Below, in pieces: positions 26,746-41,734 of a stretch of 64,000 nucleotides of DNA (position 1 is its first letter; every line of letters begins with the position of its first letter). The notes beneath the pieces were generated by a model, which saw only the letters and a list, made by a program, of their open reading frames with translations, did no database searches and was not told where the DNA came from. Origin of the DNA: Octopus bimaculoides (lineage: Eukaryota); assembly GCF_001194135.2 (NCBI RefSeq), contig NC_068991.1:43421062-43485061 (forward strand), in the 5' to 3' direction. Made by a program: the position numbers and the translations under genes.

Positions 26746-27143
26746 GGCGTAGGAGTGGCTGTGTGGTAAGTAGCTTGCTTACCAACCACATGGTTCCAGG
26801 TTCAGTCCCACTGCGTGGCACCTTGGGCGAGTGTCTTCTACTATAGCCTCGGGCTGACCAAAGCCTTGTGAGTGGATTTGGTAGATGGAAACTGAAAGAA
26901 GCCTGTCGTATATATGTATATATATGTATGTGTGTGTATATGTTTGTATGTCTGCTTGTCCCCCCAACATCATTTGACAACCGATGCTGGTGTGTTTATG
27001 TCCCTGTAGCTTAGCGGTTCGGCAAAAGAGACTGATAGAATAAGTACTAGGCTTTCAAAGAATAAGTCCTGGGGTCGATTTGCTCGACTAAAGGCAATGC
27101 TCCAGCATGGCCACAGTCAAATGACTGAAACAAGTAAAAGAGT
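26746..27143 (+). mobile_element. Near full-length tRNA-derived SINE (family 1) with an internal (TA/TG) microsatellite
   Basis: A-box-like TGGCTGTGTGG, B-box-like GGTTCAGTCCC, tail ...ccagcatggccacagtcaaatgactgaaacaagtaaaaga. At least a dozen related copies occur in the window. Confidence 0.85.
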
Positions 27144-30100
27144 AATGTCTGCCAATGGATAATAAATCATTATGTGCATGGTAAACAGTGAAAATAAAAA
27201 TGATAATATACATATTCATTTCTAATATACTCCATCAGATTTAAATGTGATATGCTAATCACTGTTGCATTAACTCTTCTCCAAAAACTCAAATTTACTG
27301 GTAGCTTTGGCTGAGGAGACACAACAAGGACAAAACACCGATTCCAAAAGCCCCACTATCCAATGAATTGAATGTGCTATGAACGCACATTCAATTGAAA
27401 GGAGAAACTGTTTTCCAATGACAAAATACAACAGTAATTAGTTAATCACATTTAAATCTAACCAGAATATCTTAAGAATGAATATATCATCACTCTGATT
27501 CTCACTGTTTACCATCCACATGGCTATTATTGGTTGGCAAATATCAGCACACATCAACAACAATTTGTTAGCTGAATCCTATAAACAGAGCCCGAAATTC
27601 TTGTTAGATTCATTGGTCTGAGATAACTTTGGTTGAGGAAACACAACAAAGTTGAAACAACAGTTTTCCAAAGTCCCCTTACTCCAATGACTCAAGCGTT
27701 ATGAACACATATTCACCTGAAAGGAGAAATTATTGTCCAATGATGAAATACAACAGTGATTGGTATATTCATGTTCAAGTTTGCTGGAACATATCAAGAA
27801 TGAATATGTATGTCATCATTTATTATTTGAATTTAATATTTAAACTGTGTTACCTTTTATATTTAGCCATATTTGAGTTATTTTAAATATTGGTACTGAT
27901 CTAACATACAGCCACAACTCTGCTTCCCACCCCTTGTGTTTGTTTATTGCCAACTTTCCTATTACACAAAAACACTATTAGCACATCACAATCAAAAAGG
28001 ATTCTACAGGGTTGCTGCTAAGTCTTTCACTATTGCCATACTATACTCATCAGAGATAATTAACAACTGTAGGCCCTTTTGCTCCCAATTTATTGTAGCT
28101 TTCATTGACAGTTTTTAATTCTTTTTTGCTGACTTATAAAAAAAGAAAGAAAAAATACATCTTGGCAATGATTGTAATTTTTACTATAGAGAGAAATATT
28201 TTTACACTTTCAAGGTAATTTTATTCTACTTTTCAATGAAATCTATTCTCAGTCAAATTAAACTTGTCTACAATTTTCAATACCCTTCTCATTTTTTACA
28301 ATAGCTAATTTTAGGTTATATAGCAACTCCACCACAAGACAACGTTGTAGCATATGGAAAATTCACAAGACTGAATCATTGGCAGTCTTAGTCATAGATG
28401 ATAAATCGTTCATCATTTTCATCAATATTTCATTTCTCAACAAAGATAAGTATAACAAAGATAGAAGTTGAAAAGACTAGAATCAGTGAACAAAGGCAGG
28501 TTTAAATTAAGTACCCACACCATTTTGAAAAGTTTTAGTGTATGTTATCTTACCAGTTATAAAACTATAAAGTATCCAGATTAATAGGCCATTTGCCAGG
28601 GTGTGTGTGTGTGTGTCTACCCTGGCACCTCATCACTGCTATTTTACCTCTCTTTCCAGTTCCACCTCTATTACTCCCACCCTACACTTCAGTAATGTGA
28701 ATAGCCATGTAGTAAGAGAAGTGCTCTCTTTCTTTCTTTCATATTTTAACCACTCAGCTCTGAGCATAAAGCCACCTCTCTCTCTACTGTAGCACCATTC
28801 AGTCAAAGAGGCTCTTTTATCTGTAAGGTGCATAACAACCTTAGTAGTGCTGGTGGAAAAAAATCCAGTACATATCATTAAGTGACTGGTACTATCCAGC
28901 TGAAGAAACCATGTCAAAGCAGACACTGGGGAATGATGCAGTCCTCAGACCCATCAGATCCTGTCAACCCATCCAACCCATGCCAGCATAGATTAACATT
29001 CAACAAATGATGCGCTCTAAAAAGATAAAACCATAAAACTCAGAAATCAAGTGTCACAACTATTTTAATCTGTCTTGATCTGGTCAAGAATAGTTAAATC
29101 GATAATGAAAATTTACTTATGGAAATTGAAATTGATTTTTAAATGACTTTTCACCAGTAAAAAAAATATTACTTTAATTTTCAGAGATGCATTTTATAAT
29201 GAAGCATAATACTGAAGATTTTATTAATACATAACCACACAGACCACAAAATAAAAGGTATATAAGCTGATATACAAAAGTGCAGCATATATACACACTT
29301 CTATTACATGCAGCAGATCTATAAATGAAAATATATAATATATAAGAATTAAGAATTAAAAATTGCTTTACAGATTATTCAATCATACAAAATATTTTCC
29401 TTGCATTATAAATCTCAAAATATTAAGATAAATATTCACCAGCTACGCAATTTAAATAGCATTGGAAATTTCTCAGGGATGCCTTCTTCATAAAGAATAT
29501 ATAGTTAGATGTCAATATATTGAGTCAAAAAAGGATTTTTGATTAATTGAAATTATACCCATAATGAGAAGGATAATCATTAGCATTAATGATAGTTATT
29601 GTCAGGAAAGGCACAAAAGTTCTTTTCCTTGGCTTCCTTGAAAAAAATTGTCAATGCTAATGATTTTTTTATGGGTGTAATTTCAATAGATTAAGTTATT
29701 AGTCTACACTCAAATATAATATTCTTGTTCTTTAAGGAAGTCAGGCTCCAATTAATCGATTGTCTATTATACTTTAAGGTCTACACAGTTTTATTCTTAG
29801 ACATTATTTCAACTGCATATAATATACTCAAACATGACTTTAGCCTTATATTTTTACAAAAACTAAAAGGGAAGGTTTTGCTTTTACCATAGACATTAGC
29901 AATGTGAATGAAGTGAAACAGCTTTAACTAAAAATCCAAAATGAGTCAGACTTGGCTTGCTAGGAGAACAACAATAATAAAAAAAGAGTGGTAAAGGACT
30001 ACTATATTTGCAGATTAGCAGCAGCAGCAATAGAAGTAGCAGTTTCACATCACTGCTTACTTGATACATAATAATCATCTGTAGCAACAACAACAGCTTT

Positions 30101-30389
30101 CTGAATGTTATCTCCATTATATCACAGTCATGGACAATAATATCTCTTCACAACTTATGAGAATGTTATTTTCCTAAATAAAGATCTGAGATCATACTAA
30201 ACCAAATGGAAAAATGATCAGAGGTCTTTATACTCTATTACATAGTCTGTGATAGACTAGAAAACTTTACAAGAGCAATCCAATGATTTTTATTTGGCTT
30301 GTTTCCTGACCCCCACCCCCTTAATATCTGAAAATCTGTTCTACATAGTTAAGAGATGAAAAAGAGCTATTTTTGTTCCTTTATACATA

Positions 30390-30760
30390 TTCTTTATTTT
30401 TTTACTTGTTTCAGTCATTTGACTGCAGCCATGCTGGAGCACTGCCTTTAGTTGAACAAATTTTTTGTAAGTCTAGTACTTATTCTATCAGTTTCTATTG
30501 CCAAACTACTAAGTTACGGGGATGTAAACACACCAATGTCAGTTGTTAAGCAATGGTGGGGGGACAAAAACAGACACACAAATATATACTTATATATATA
30601 TATTTATGCATATATATACGACAGGCTTCTTTCAGTTTCCGTCTACCAAATCCATTAACAAGGCTTTGGTCGACTCAAGGCTATAGTAGAAGACACTTGC
30701 CCAAGGTGCCACACAGTGGGACTGAACCTGGAACCATGTGGTTGGTAAGCAAGCTACTTA
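30390..30760 (-). mobile_element. Family-1 SINE
   Basis: Reverse-complement similarity to 26746-27143 over nearly the full length. Confidence 0.85.
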
Positions 30761-33700
30761 ATTTAAGCTACTCTTTAATTTAAGGTTATCCTTTCTTTTG
30801 CCAAGACACCCAATTAAACAGATAAGGTCTAGCAACATACCAATTGGAAACTATCTAGGGTAATTAAATATTATTTAAATTTATTTAGAATACCCAGAAA
30901 TGTGCTTTATTATTCAAAATTTCAAATGCCCAAACCCACATCAGATGATTTTACGTAAGATTTAAATAGAGTATGGATTATTTTCTTAAACCAGCATTGG
31001 AATGCTACAAAATGAGTTGTTTTCAAGACACAAGGACAACTGTATTTGAAGGGGATAAAGTTGATATAATCAGTCTTTGGAAGTTATCTTATTGACCCAC
31101 ACACCTCCAATGGATAAAAGACACTTCCAGGTCTAGTGGAATTTGAACTTTGAATAATAAGAAATTAAATTCAATAAAGAAAATGTGGCCATCTTCACTA
31201 CTCTTACATTGTGATAGTAAAATGAAATTCATGCCAACTATGAATACACTTCCTATAAATGAACAAAAGCATATTTTTGCATTGTTACTGTCCTTGAGAA
31301 AAGAATGACATTCAATTTTTCTTCTCTGAAATCCATACTTGTGTGGTTTTGCAAGAAATAATTTCATTTTTAACTATTAAGATTTTATGAAAAGGTAAAG
31401 AATTTCCTTAGAGTCAATAAAAATTTCTATTTTCCATAAATAAAGTTAATTTTAAGTATACTAAATCACTGTGAAATAACAAACTTCAAAACAGTCCCCC
31501 CTCCTCCCCAAAAAACCACTAAAATAGCTATGAAAATGATTGTGAATAAAATAAAGACCATACATTTGAATGACTGTATTATTTTTATAATATATTATAG
31601 AAGTATAGACTGAATAATTCTTATTACTAATGTATATTTAATACATTTGAAATATACAACAATAATAGGATGATGAAATTTCTATAACCCCTTGTACACA
31701 TCTAACAGATACATATTTACTGTTTGCTGACCAAACACTACTTACTAGTAACTGGCAAATCCAGTTTCTCACAAGTTATATGAATAAAATAATGTAACTT
31801 GAGTTATGAATATTTATTATATTGATCTCGATTTAAGGAAATTAAAACAAAAGTTTGCCTTAATTGGTTTATGGTTTTTCTTGCACACTTTTAATGCTTG
31901 GTATAAAAGAAAAAAAACAACAACAGTTTCCTGTGTCTAGCATTAAAAATGTTTATATAATACAAAGGGCTTTCTGAGCTCTATATAATTCATTTAAAAA
32001 GAAAATATCTTCCTTCAATAATGATTACTTTTACTGTGAATTGACAGATCCCCCCCCCAAAAAATGCATCCAAAAAATGGATTTGAAAGGAAATAGAGAT
32101 AAAATGGGAACATGAAAAATAAAAGATTTCAGTTGTTCCAATAGCAGAGTTCAGGTTTTCCACTAGTAGACAACCTTTTTAACAGATCATGTTTTATCTA
32201 CTCTGAAACACTAGTGTTTCAATATTTACTTCATCAGAACGAAATTTCAAAGTTGTTTCCTCTTTCAATCTATATAATTTAATTCCCTTAAATCAGGTTA
32301 TACACTAGTATATTTCTGTAGATATACTTGACAATTATATTTCAGATAATTTCTAAACTTAAATCTATCCTATTTTCATAACAAAACTCCTGGTGTTTTT
32401 CTTTTCTTTTCATTATAAGCAAAAAGCAAAGTGTTTGTAAATATCAATCACTGAAGAATGATACATTTTTCTCAAGATTTTGCATATTCTTTTGCATATA
32501 CTGTCATATAAACTGATGCTTTTTATATATCAATCATCCAAACTAAATTTTGTTTGAAGAGAAAATATTTTATATATTAATAACATCTGGAATTCTTTTG
32601 AATGGATCAGACACTATGATTAAATATTTTCAAATACATCAACTAAATCACAAAAATGATTATATAAATTATAGCTCGAATTTTTGGTTTTTAACCAAGA
32701 TAATCTATGAGGTATGGACACCATTTTCCATTCAATGTGCCAATTTTTTTCATGCATGAGTTCAGATGCACGTCACAGATCTTTCACCCTATTCAAGACT
32801 TGTATAAAATGTTAATATAGATAAATTTAGATTTTTACATGTGAAATTAAGAAGTTCACTTCCCAACTGCAGTTCAGTCCCACTGTGACACCTTGAGCAA
32901 GTGTCTTCTACTACACCTCCACATTGATCAAAACCTTGATAGATGGAAATTGAAAGCCCATCATATGTATATATAAAATGTCACCAGCATACAAGAGTGT
33001 CATTCATTTGTAATCTTCTGTGAAATCATGTCCAGCTATTGTGCTGTTTCTGTGTTCAAAGGACTAGAAGAAATATTACCTTACTCAGAAATAGGTGTGT
33101 TCACAGAATAATGATTGCCAGAATTTTAATCATGACTTAAGAGTATTTGGAACTGAGAAAATTTCATTAAATTTCATTTTTAATAAAGAATTTGCTTTCT
33201 AGGCATGTATGTCAATAGGCATTTTCAGGACTTAAGGTAAGTAAAAATAGGTTTAGATTTTTTTGATATTTTCTTGTGAAAATTGGCATTATCTTCAGTG
33301 CATTGTACTTTGCTCTTAAGTATGAAAACTGGTTCAAATCTGCATTTTCTGGTTGAATTTTAATTTCATTTATTTTAAATGTCTTGGTGTCATATATTAA
33401 GCTAAGAAACAATTTGTTCTTGCCAGTAGTTTCAATTTTGATTATTGAGATAGTAGCGACAAATAGCCAGTTGTTTTCACATAAAAAAAGACTCTTTCTT
33501 CAGGCAACTCAGTTTTCTCTTCTAGATTATAGACCTGCCCTCAAAGAACCCAGCAAACCTCACACTCAAAGACTAGAATACTATATTCCTAATCTAACAT
33601 TTCACAACATTCTCCAAATTCTCATTTGCTTAATGCTTTGTCTCATACATTCCACAACCACTAGCATCACTTGCTGCAACTTTAAAGTTTTTCAGTAGTG

Positions 33701-35920
33701 TATAAAACAATGATAACTTTAGTAAAGAACAATCTAGAAATTTTCAAGAAAAGTTGTAGTCTTAACTTTACCAATCCCCAATAGAACTCCATCAGTATAG
33801 ATACTGATGTCAGATACTATTCATTTTCCTTGAAATGACTCAAAATCAAAAAGTTCTTCACAGACCAAAATTGATATTAATTTCTCTTTTAAAACTGCAT
33901 AATTAGGCTATACAACATGTTAGATGATTCATACAAAGCTAAAGATATCAAGTACAAGCATGAAAAAAGCCATTCAGTTGCTCAGATACATCACAAGTAA
34001 GTTCTTTGGTTTATCTCATAGTTATTTTCTTTGACAGAGCAATTTAATCTACTCACAATATTTTTATTGAGACACTTTGCAAATAAGGCCTAACAATTTT
34101 TTACCCATCAAGTAAAGGCTTCCATTTTTTGACCAATGCTACAGCAATTTCATCAACTTTTTATAACTTCTATTGATATATATATTATGGTCTATTTTTG
34201 ATTTCTTCCTTTTTCTGAATCAAATGCCTTTTTGGTTACTCAGGACTAAGTAATAGCTTTGGTTTTTGTTCTATTTTAGGTTGATGTGTTTGTAGTATCT
34301 TCAAGATAATGTCTTCTATTAAGTGAGAAACTTATCACAAACATTGCACAGCAGTTTTCATAAAGAACTTGTTAATAAGAGCTCACTTTCTCCTCTGTTT
34401 ATTCAGTTCACACTATCACATTATTTTTATTTTTATTTTGAGCTGTGCTGGATAATGTAAGCATAAGACTTAATTAAAAAAAAAAAAGTACAAATCTGCA
34501 AATTTTTACAAAAGACTAATAAAATACAGCCCTGTAGTATAGTAGTTTCAACTGCAGACTAACTAGCAAAACGTTGCAACAGTCCTGTGCGGGAAGTTGC
34601 CTCAGGATGAAACAAGTATCAAATGTATACTGAACAATTATGGATGGTATGCAATGGGCCATTTCATCCAGTGCACCATTTATTGTGTATGTGCCATAAG
34701 TTGGTCATATCTGATCCATACTTATATCTCAATGCTGTAAATATTTTTGTAATATAATTCAGGCTCATGAAAAACGATTGATGTTTTAGGGAAGTGAGGT
34801 AAAAAGTTTTAGCAGTCATGCTTTTGTCCAGGACATTTTCAGCATACATGATTAAGTATCATTTGGGAATAAAAAGATAAAAACATTTGTCAAGTAACCT
34901 ACTAAAGTAATCTCTTTTTTTTTAATACTGAATTATGTCTATATAATATATATTACCTTACATGTTTTTTAGTTATGCTTCATCTCAGATTTTTTTCTGT
35001 TAGATTTTAATTCTGTGTATGCAGAATCATTAAGCTGAAGATATTATACAATGAAGTCTATCAACAGGATATAAATTACTTCCTTTCTTTTCTGTCATTT
35101 GAAAAGAATGAAATGTTTTTAACAGTTATTTATATATAATTAGAATGGCCACTTTAGTTTCACATGAAGTGATATATTTAAAATGTATACTTGTCTCTTA
35201 CACAAACTGCAATTATATGCAATTCAAAAAATTTGGCTGAGTTGTTATTGCCTACTATATTTATAAAATATCCCTAGATATACAACTGACAAATCTCTAA
35301 GAATGCTTAAATGTAAATTTAACTATTAAATGTTTTTCAGCAATATTTGATTATTTTAGGAAATAATTCTGAAATGATTGATGTCCACACACACACACAC
35401 ACACATTATTGAATTAGTACAGATTTCAAGTAATAATCTCAAAATCTGAATTCAACAGCAGAAAGCAAAATTTTCATTTTGTACACTCTCAAAATGTGGT
35501 AACACACTTTAATGATAAGCACCACCACAATATTAAGGTTCACGCTGAATAAATTCAAAGAATAAGTCTTTAAAAATCAAATGGATGAAATGAATAAAGA
35601 AAAAAGATTAGAAAAAAAAACAAGTAACCAAAAGAAAATCACACATACACATCACAACAAAAATAACAGCAAATCATAAAGTCTTTTTAAAAGAAGTTAC
35701 AACCTATTCAGAACACAATAAGTACCCATAGTCTTTAATTCCTTATCTCAAAAAATATCTATGAATACTTAATTCAAAGTAAAATTCTTTATTAGTCACA
35801 TTTTGTGTGTGATCATTACGAAAGCAGAGTTGAAGGGTTACTTAAATGGTTAATAAACTTAGAATTCATGAAATTGGCTTTTTACTAACAATGTAAAATG
35901 TAAATTATAAAACTATATGC

Positions 35921-35952
<32 letters not shown>

Positions 35953-38499
35953 NNNNNNNNNNAAAATGGATTATGACTGCTTCTATTTTTACAGTTGCCT
36001 CATCTTTTTGCTAGGAAATAGGGCTATTATTGGCACCTAAGTTATTCACTTTGATTATGATTACTGTTTGTTTGATTTCATCAAGAAAGATGAAATGAAG
36101 CAAACAGGATAAGACTTGAAAAATATGAAGTTCTCTTTCATAACTCTCTGTACTAAATAAATAATATTAACAAAATATATTTCCTCTGCAATAAATAATG
36201 TAGAAGTAAAGGTTTTAATAAGAATAATATGATAGTTAAGATATGACAAGTTTTCTGGACTTAAAAGATTCCAGATGAACATGAAAAATAACTAAGGTCA
36301 TAATTAAACAGGTTAATTTTACTTCACCTTGTTCTTTACAAACATTTTAAAAGCTTCCAATCAACTCTTTATTTCATATAAATTTTCTTTAACAACTTTT
36401 TTAAATTATGAATTTTGTCATTAGTGTATGGTAAGAACAAACAACTATATAACTGGATGCCTTTGCTGCTATAAATATTGTACTAGTCCAAATGATTCAA
36501 ATAAATTTTAGGTGTTATACTTATTTACATAATGCTAGATGATAAATTTAATAATCTTAATATTCTATATAACAAAGTTATAATCATAAACAGTTTTTAA
36601 ATCTTAAGATCATAAGCTTAAAACGCCACTAGTACAGAAATCAAGCTATTCAATATGTTCCAAATAAAAGTTTGTTAGAAAATGGAGTTTAGATTATGAA
36701 ACCAAATTCCTCATTACATGTACAAAATTACAAATTGCATGGTGAAGTTTAAAGCTTAAATGTATCATTTTTAAGTGGATGCTGTTTTGATCACTTTAAA
36801 CAATATGGTTAAATTAATAAAACATAAATTTTTTAAGATGTTCTCATAATACTTATTTTTATAAACTACATTGAAGATTGTATTTGGGGCAAAAGACCAG
36901 GTAGTTATTATATTATTGCTCATTCACAATAACAAAAGAATTACAAAATTAGCTAGAACAATTCAGGTAGTTTTTGGAAGAAAAACTCATAAATGACACA
37001 GAAAATTAGCTGTGCTACTGATGAAACATGTTAAGTTTAATTTGAAACTTAAACTCTAAGCCAATTTGAACTACTTTTCCAATTATTGGAAACTAATATT
37101 AAAACCAAGTCCTTTAAAAGATAATTACAGAAATATAAAACTTCATTCAATCTTCACCATAAAGCTATCAGACAAAACAAATACAAATAACAAAAGAATC
37201 AAAATAATATAAACTACAAATTTTTTTAAGTCTATAAAATTATTTTCTAAGAATAAATAATTTAAGAAACAATCCAAGTTCAAAAGCAAATTAAAAAAAT
37301 CTATTTATTATAGTTGAATTTTCATAGTGTTAAAATAGGTAAAAACTAGTAAAGACACTATGTATATCTGAAAATGATTTCTTTAAAGGCTTTAAAAAGT
37401 ATTGCCTTTCTTCATAACTTGCACAAATCAAATAATTGCTAATCTATTGTCTCATCGATATATTTCCTAACATTAGAGAAAGAAATACTTGAGTATAACT
37501 TTATTATGAAGGTGATTTAATAAGCAATGAACAATATTTCACAAACAAAACATACAATGCATTAATGAGTTTTGAATAATTATTCACAATTTTGCAAGCA
37601 GTTTTACACATTTTACACACATATCATTTTCAAATAAAAACAACAACAAAAAAAATGAAAGATGGAAAATCTACAATATATACACTACCTAACATTATAA
37701 CTAGATACATATCAAACATATGTACTTCAACTTGATTACTACTGATTGGACAACATAAAATATTTTAAAAGTGATTTAAAAAATTGTTTTTTAATGTTTC
37801 TATTCTATTGAAAATATATGTGCTGATTTTCATTACAGCTGAATGTGAATTCTAAGTAGAAGATTTTTAAAAAAATCATAAACATTCATTTGGAGGAAAG
37901 GATGACAATATGTGACTGATACAATTACAAGTAACTTTACAAGAATATAGATGTCATAACTTTACAATATGGGATTAGACAATATTTCATGCATGTATTC
38001 ATTTGTTGAGATGAACAAATAAATTTGCTTTTCTTAGTAATGATATGCATGCTACAGGGGAACCAGATAAAAATACTTGCCCTGAATTGAATCTTTCAAA
38101 GCCTTGTGTACTGAAAGAGAGATACTGATAAGAAGAGTGATTCAAAAATATTTTAAAGGATTTAAAAAATAGCTTACTGTCATAAAAAAGAAATAATAAT
38201 TTTCCTAAAATTTTCAAATAAAATGTATCAACACGGTTACATTTTGCGGTTATTCCAGTGGAATGTATACCATTCCTAAAGTATATTTGTTAGCTAAATG
38301 TATGTTTATTGCTGAGCACACTATTCTTTCTTGAGAGTATTTGTCCTTCCAGGTTTGAGAATTTCTCACTACATGCTTACAACTTATTTGTTATGAATAT
38401 CTCCAGTCACACTTTTAACCCTTTCTGAAAGCATGAACAGGCAATCATCTGAATATCTTCATACCTTTCCATCCCAGTCTTATTTTGCACATGTTCACT

Positions 38500-38815
38500 T
38501 ATTTACTTGTTTCAGTCATTTGACTGCAGCCATGCTGGAGCAGCACCTTAAAAGGTTTTTAGTCAAAGAAATCAACCCCAAGACTTATTCTTTGTAAGCC
38601 TAGTACTTATACTATCAGTTCAACAAAAGAATGTTGAACTGCTCAGTTACAGGGATATAAACACACCAACATCAGTTGTCAAGTGATGGTGGAGGGATGA
38701 ACACACACACACACAACGGGCAGTGGAAGACACTTACCCAAGGTGCCATGCAGTGGGACCGAACCTGGAATCATATGGTTGGGAAGCTAGCTTCTTACCA
38801 CACAGCTACACCTAT
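38500..38815 (-). mobile_element. Family-1 SINE (internal deletion)
   Basis: Tail, central block and head are recognisable. Confidence 0.75.
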
Positions 38816-38977
38816 ACTGTACACTATTTTCAAAGCATACTTAGTTCATTTGTGACAGCGTCATCAATATTATGTAAAACACTTAAGGTCCCTGCATGAG
38901 AGACAAAGAGTGAAAGTGAATCTGGATTGTGGCATAATTGATATAGGATTTTCTACATTTATTTATTTCTTTCAACT

Positions 38978-39201
38978 ACACAAGGGTGTGTGGAAAAGTT
39001 CCTGACTTTAAGGGTATCACAAAAGGCCTGATTGGAGGCCTAACCTTTCAAGTTTTTTTCAGGGCTTAGAAAAACTGAAAGATCACTGCAATAAGTGTGT
39101 GAATCTGAGAGGGGAATATGTTGGATAAAATCATAATTAACTGATCCTCCTGTATTTTTTTTTTTTTTCACCCAAAGCCAGTAACTTTTCAGCACCACCT
39201 C
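38978..39201. mobile_element. Mariner-type MITE
   Basis: Imperfect TIRs (aagggtgtgtggaaaagttcctgacttt and revcomp gaggtggtgctgaaaagttactggcttt). The internal sequence resembles a mariner 3' end. Confidence 0.55.
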
Positions 39202-41734
39202 ATAATCTTTCAATTGGTAAAAACTCTTTACAGCAACAGTAAAAATAAAAATGAATTAGTTACAAACCCCTTAAAATATTAAATACTGAATTACTAATTT
39301 AAAACAATTTATAATTTCAACATTTACTGTTGACACATCTCTCGATCCTTAGATAAGTTCAGATTGCAATAATAGCAGACACAAGACAGTAATTGAAGAA
39401 CAGAATAAATAGTTAAGTGATACAGGTTAATAGCTTTACAATTTTTGAAGAATTAATAAAATACCATTCTAAATAATATCCTTTCATCAATAACTATGCA
39501 TTTGAATCAAAGCGGGGTTCCCCCCCCCCCACAAAAAAAAGAATTGCAAAAGTGAATACAAAACAAATAGCTCCAGTCCACCTATTCCCTATTACTCATC
39601 AGTTAATTTATTAAGAAGTTATTTGATAATTCTAGAACAAAATAAATTTGAGCTAATGTAGGGGCTGCTTATCTAGTTGCTGCACTTATCTGGCAGTAAA
39701 GTTTTTTCTAACTTCCTTGCCATCTTTAAAAATGGGACTAAAACGAAGAATATTCAGACAGAACTGGATGGAAGTACTCAGCAACGACAAGAAATTAACA
39801 TGCAAATTAAAAAAAATTGACAAAAATAAATAAATAAATAGCAATAAAATGAATTGAATGGTAACTAAAATTAACTAATTAACTAGGCAAATTAACCACA
39901 TCCAAAGGACAATTGCTGAGGTTGGTGAAAGCCAGTCTCTTTCAAAGAATAATTACAGATGGCAATGAGAACTTAACAACATTAATGAGATGGTAAGAAG
40001 AAATTGTGTATGGATTGGTTAGCAATTAAAGAAATGGTTTGGATTGCATAGCTATTATCATCAGCTTTCAAGTGAAAATAACTAAGACAAGGTTAAGATG
40101 CACAAATTTCTAACCATAAAGTAAATACCTGTAATTGATTGTATGATAATGTTTTATATAATCCAATTAAAATTCATTTGTCTGTTTAATTTCTGTAAAG
40201 AAATACAATAGCTAAGTGGTTTGCTTACTAAACCATTGTCCAAAAGATCACAAAAATTTAAACTCTATGACTGAACTATTTTACTTAGTTTACTTAACAG
40301 AAAATAGTTACCACTCCCTGGCTTAAGACTAAATTTTAAAAAAGCATTAGTAAAGGTCATAAAAACTCCTGCTCTAAAATTTCAGGCAAGTGAAGTTTAT
40401 AGACTTCTTGAAGTTATGTTTGCAGGGAGTAACAAATGAACAAGTAAGAAAAATATTTTTTAGATTATTTGAATATATAATAATAAACAGAATAGAGAGA
40501 TTTGCCTCGAATAGTTAAAAGTGAAATATTTAAGTTTCTATCTTGTACATCACTATTTAAAATTTAAATTATGTCAGGGCTGCCACCTCTTGTCGGCTTC
40601 ATGAGGTATCAATAATGAACTTCAGTCATTTCAATCAACTTCACAATATGCTCAAAAATTTTATTATACCCCCTCTTAATTAATGTACTAAATAAAAACA
40701 AGTTTTTTTACAAAATAAGTTAAGCATACGCAAAATGAGAATGCAGTTTGGAATCAGAATTACTAGCTGATGTATGTAACAAAATGGTCCTGAAATGTGA
40801 TTGGAAAATATCTAACAAAAATGTTGCTATGAATTGATGGTAAAAGGTATCCTTGGTATAAATAAATGAAAGACTTCAGAGAAAGTGTTTAGATCAGATG
40901 TATGAAAACCGAGCTTCACAGGTAATACAGATTATACACATAATCAGTGATAGATGTGCTTAAAATAATCCTAAAAACATATCCATCTTATAAATTACCC
41001 TTAAAAATAGAATAAGTTTAAGAAAAAAATATAAATATTTGTCCTTTTTTTAAAATTTCTATATTATAATGTGTTTCTGTTTAACTATCAACTTTTTAAA
41101 ATATCCTAGTACAATATAAAGATGACCAAGAATTACTTTATTGTGCTTCTCTTTGTTAAATGTAACAGCAATTAGACAGTAATTGAATGGTTTTACACAA
41201 CATTCCCTCTTTGAAGAATGAGTTTTGTTTTCAGATGACACACATTAACCTCAAAACACAAATATGCAGAGGTTGATCATAAAGGTCAGTGCAAGAGAAT
41301 GAAATTGCAGGTTTTTGATGTTAGAAGTATAACTTGTAGACTTGCATAAGACCAAAACCAGCTATTAGGAAGCAAAGACATTTATTATCCAATGATAGTC
41401 AGAAATAGGTTACAAGGTAACACAGGCAGTACCTAGGTCAATTTTAATTATGTGGAAGTGTGAAAAGCCAGAACATACTAGTAAATCTGCTATTTACTTC
41501 AGAAACATTCTTTAGTAGGTAAGGTGAAAGAGTGGTATATCTTTCAAGACAGAACATGTTTTTCGACTCATAAGTTATACTAAAAACAGAAAATGACTGA
41601 ATAAATTATTTCATTAGCTAATGCGTAAATCCTATATCAGATATATATATACATAGAAAAAAAAAAAATGGTTAAGAATACATTAAAAAGTATGAAAGTC
41701 AAAAGAAAATTTTTTTACAACTTTTGTCCCTTTT

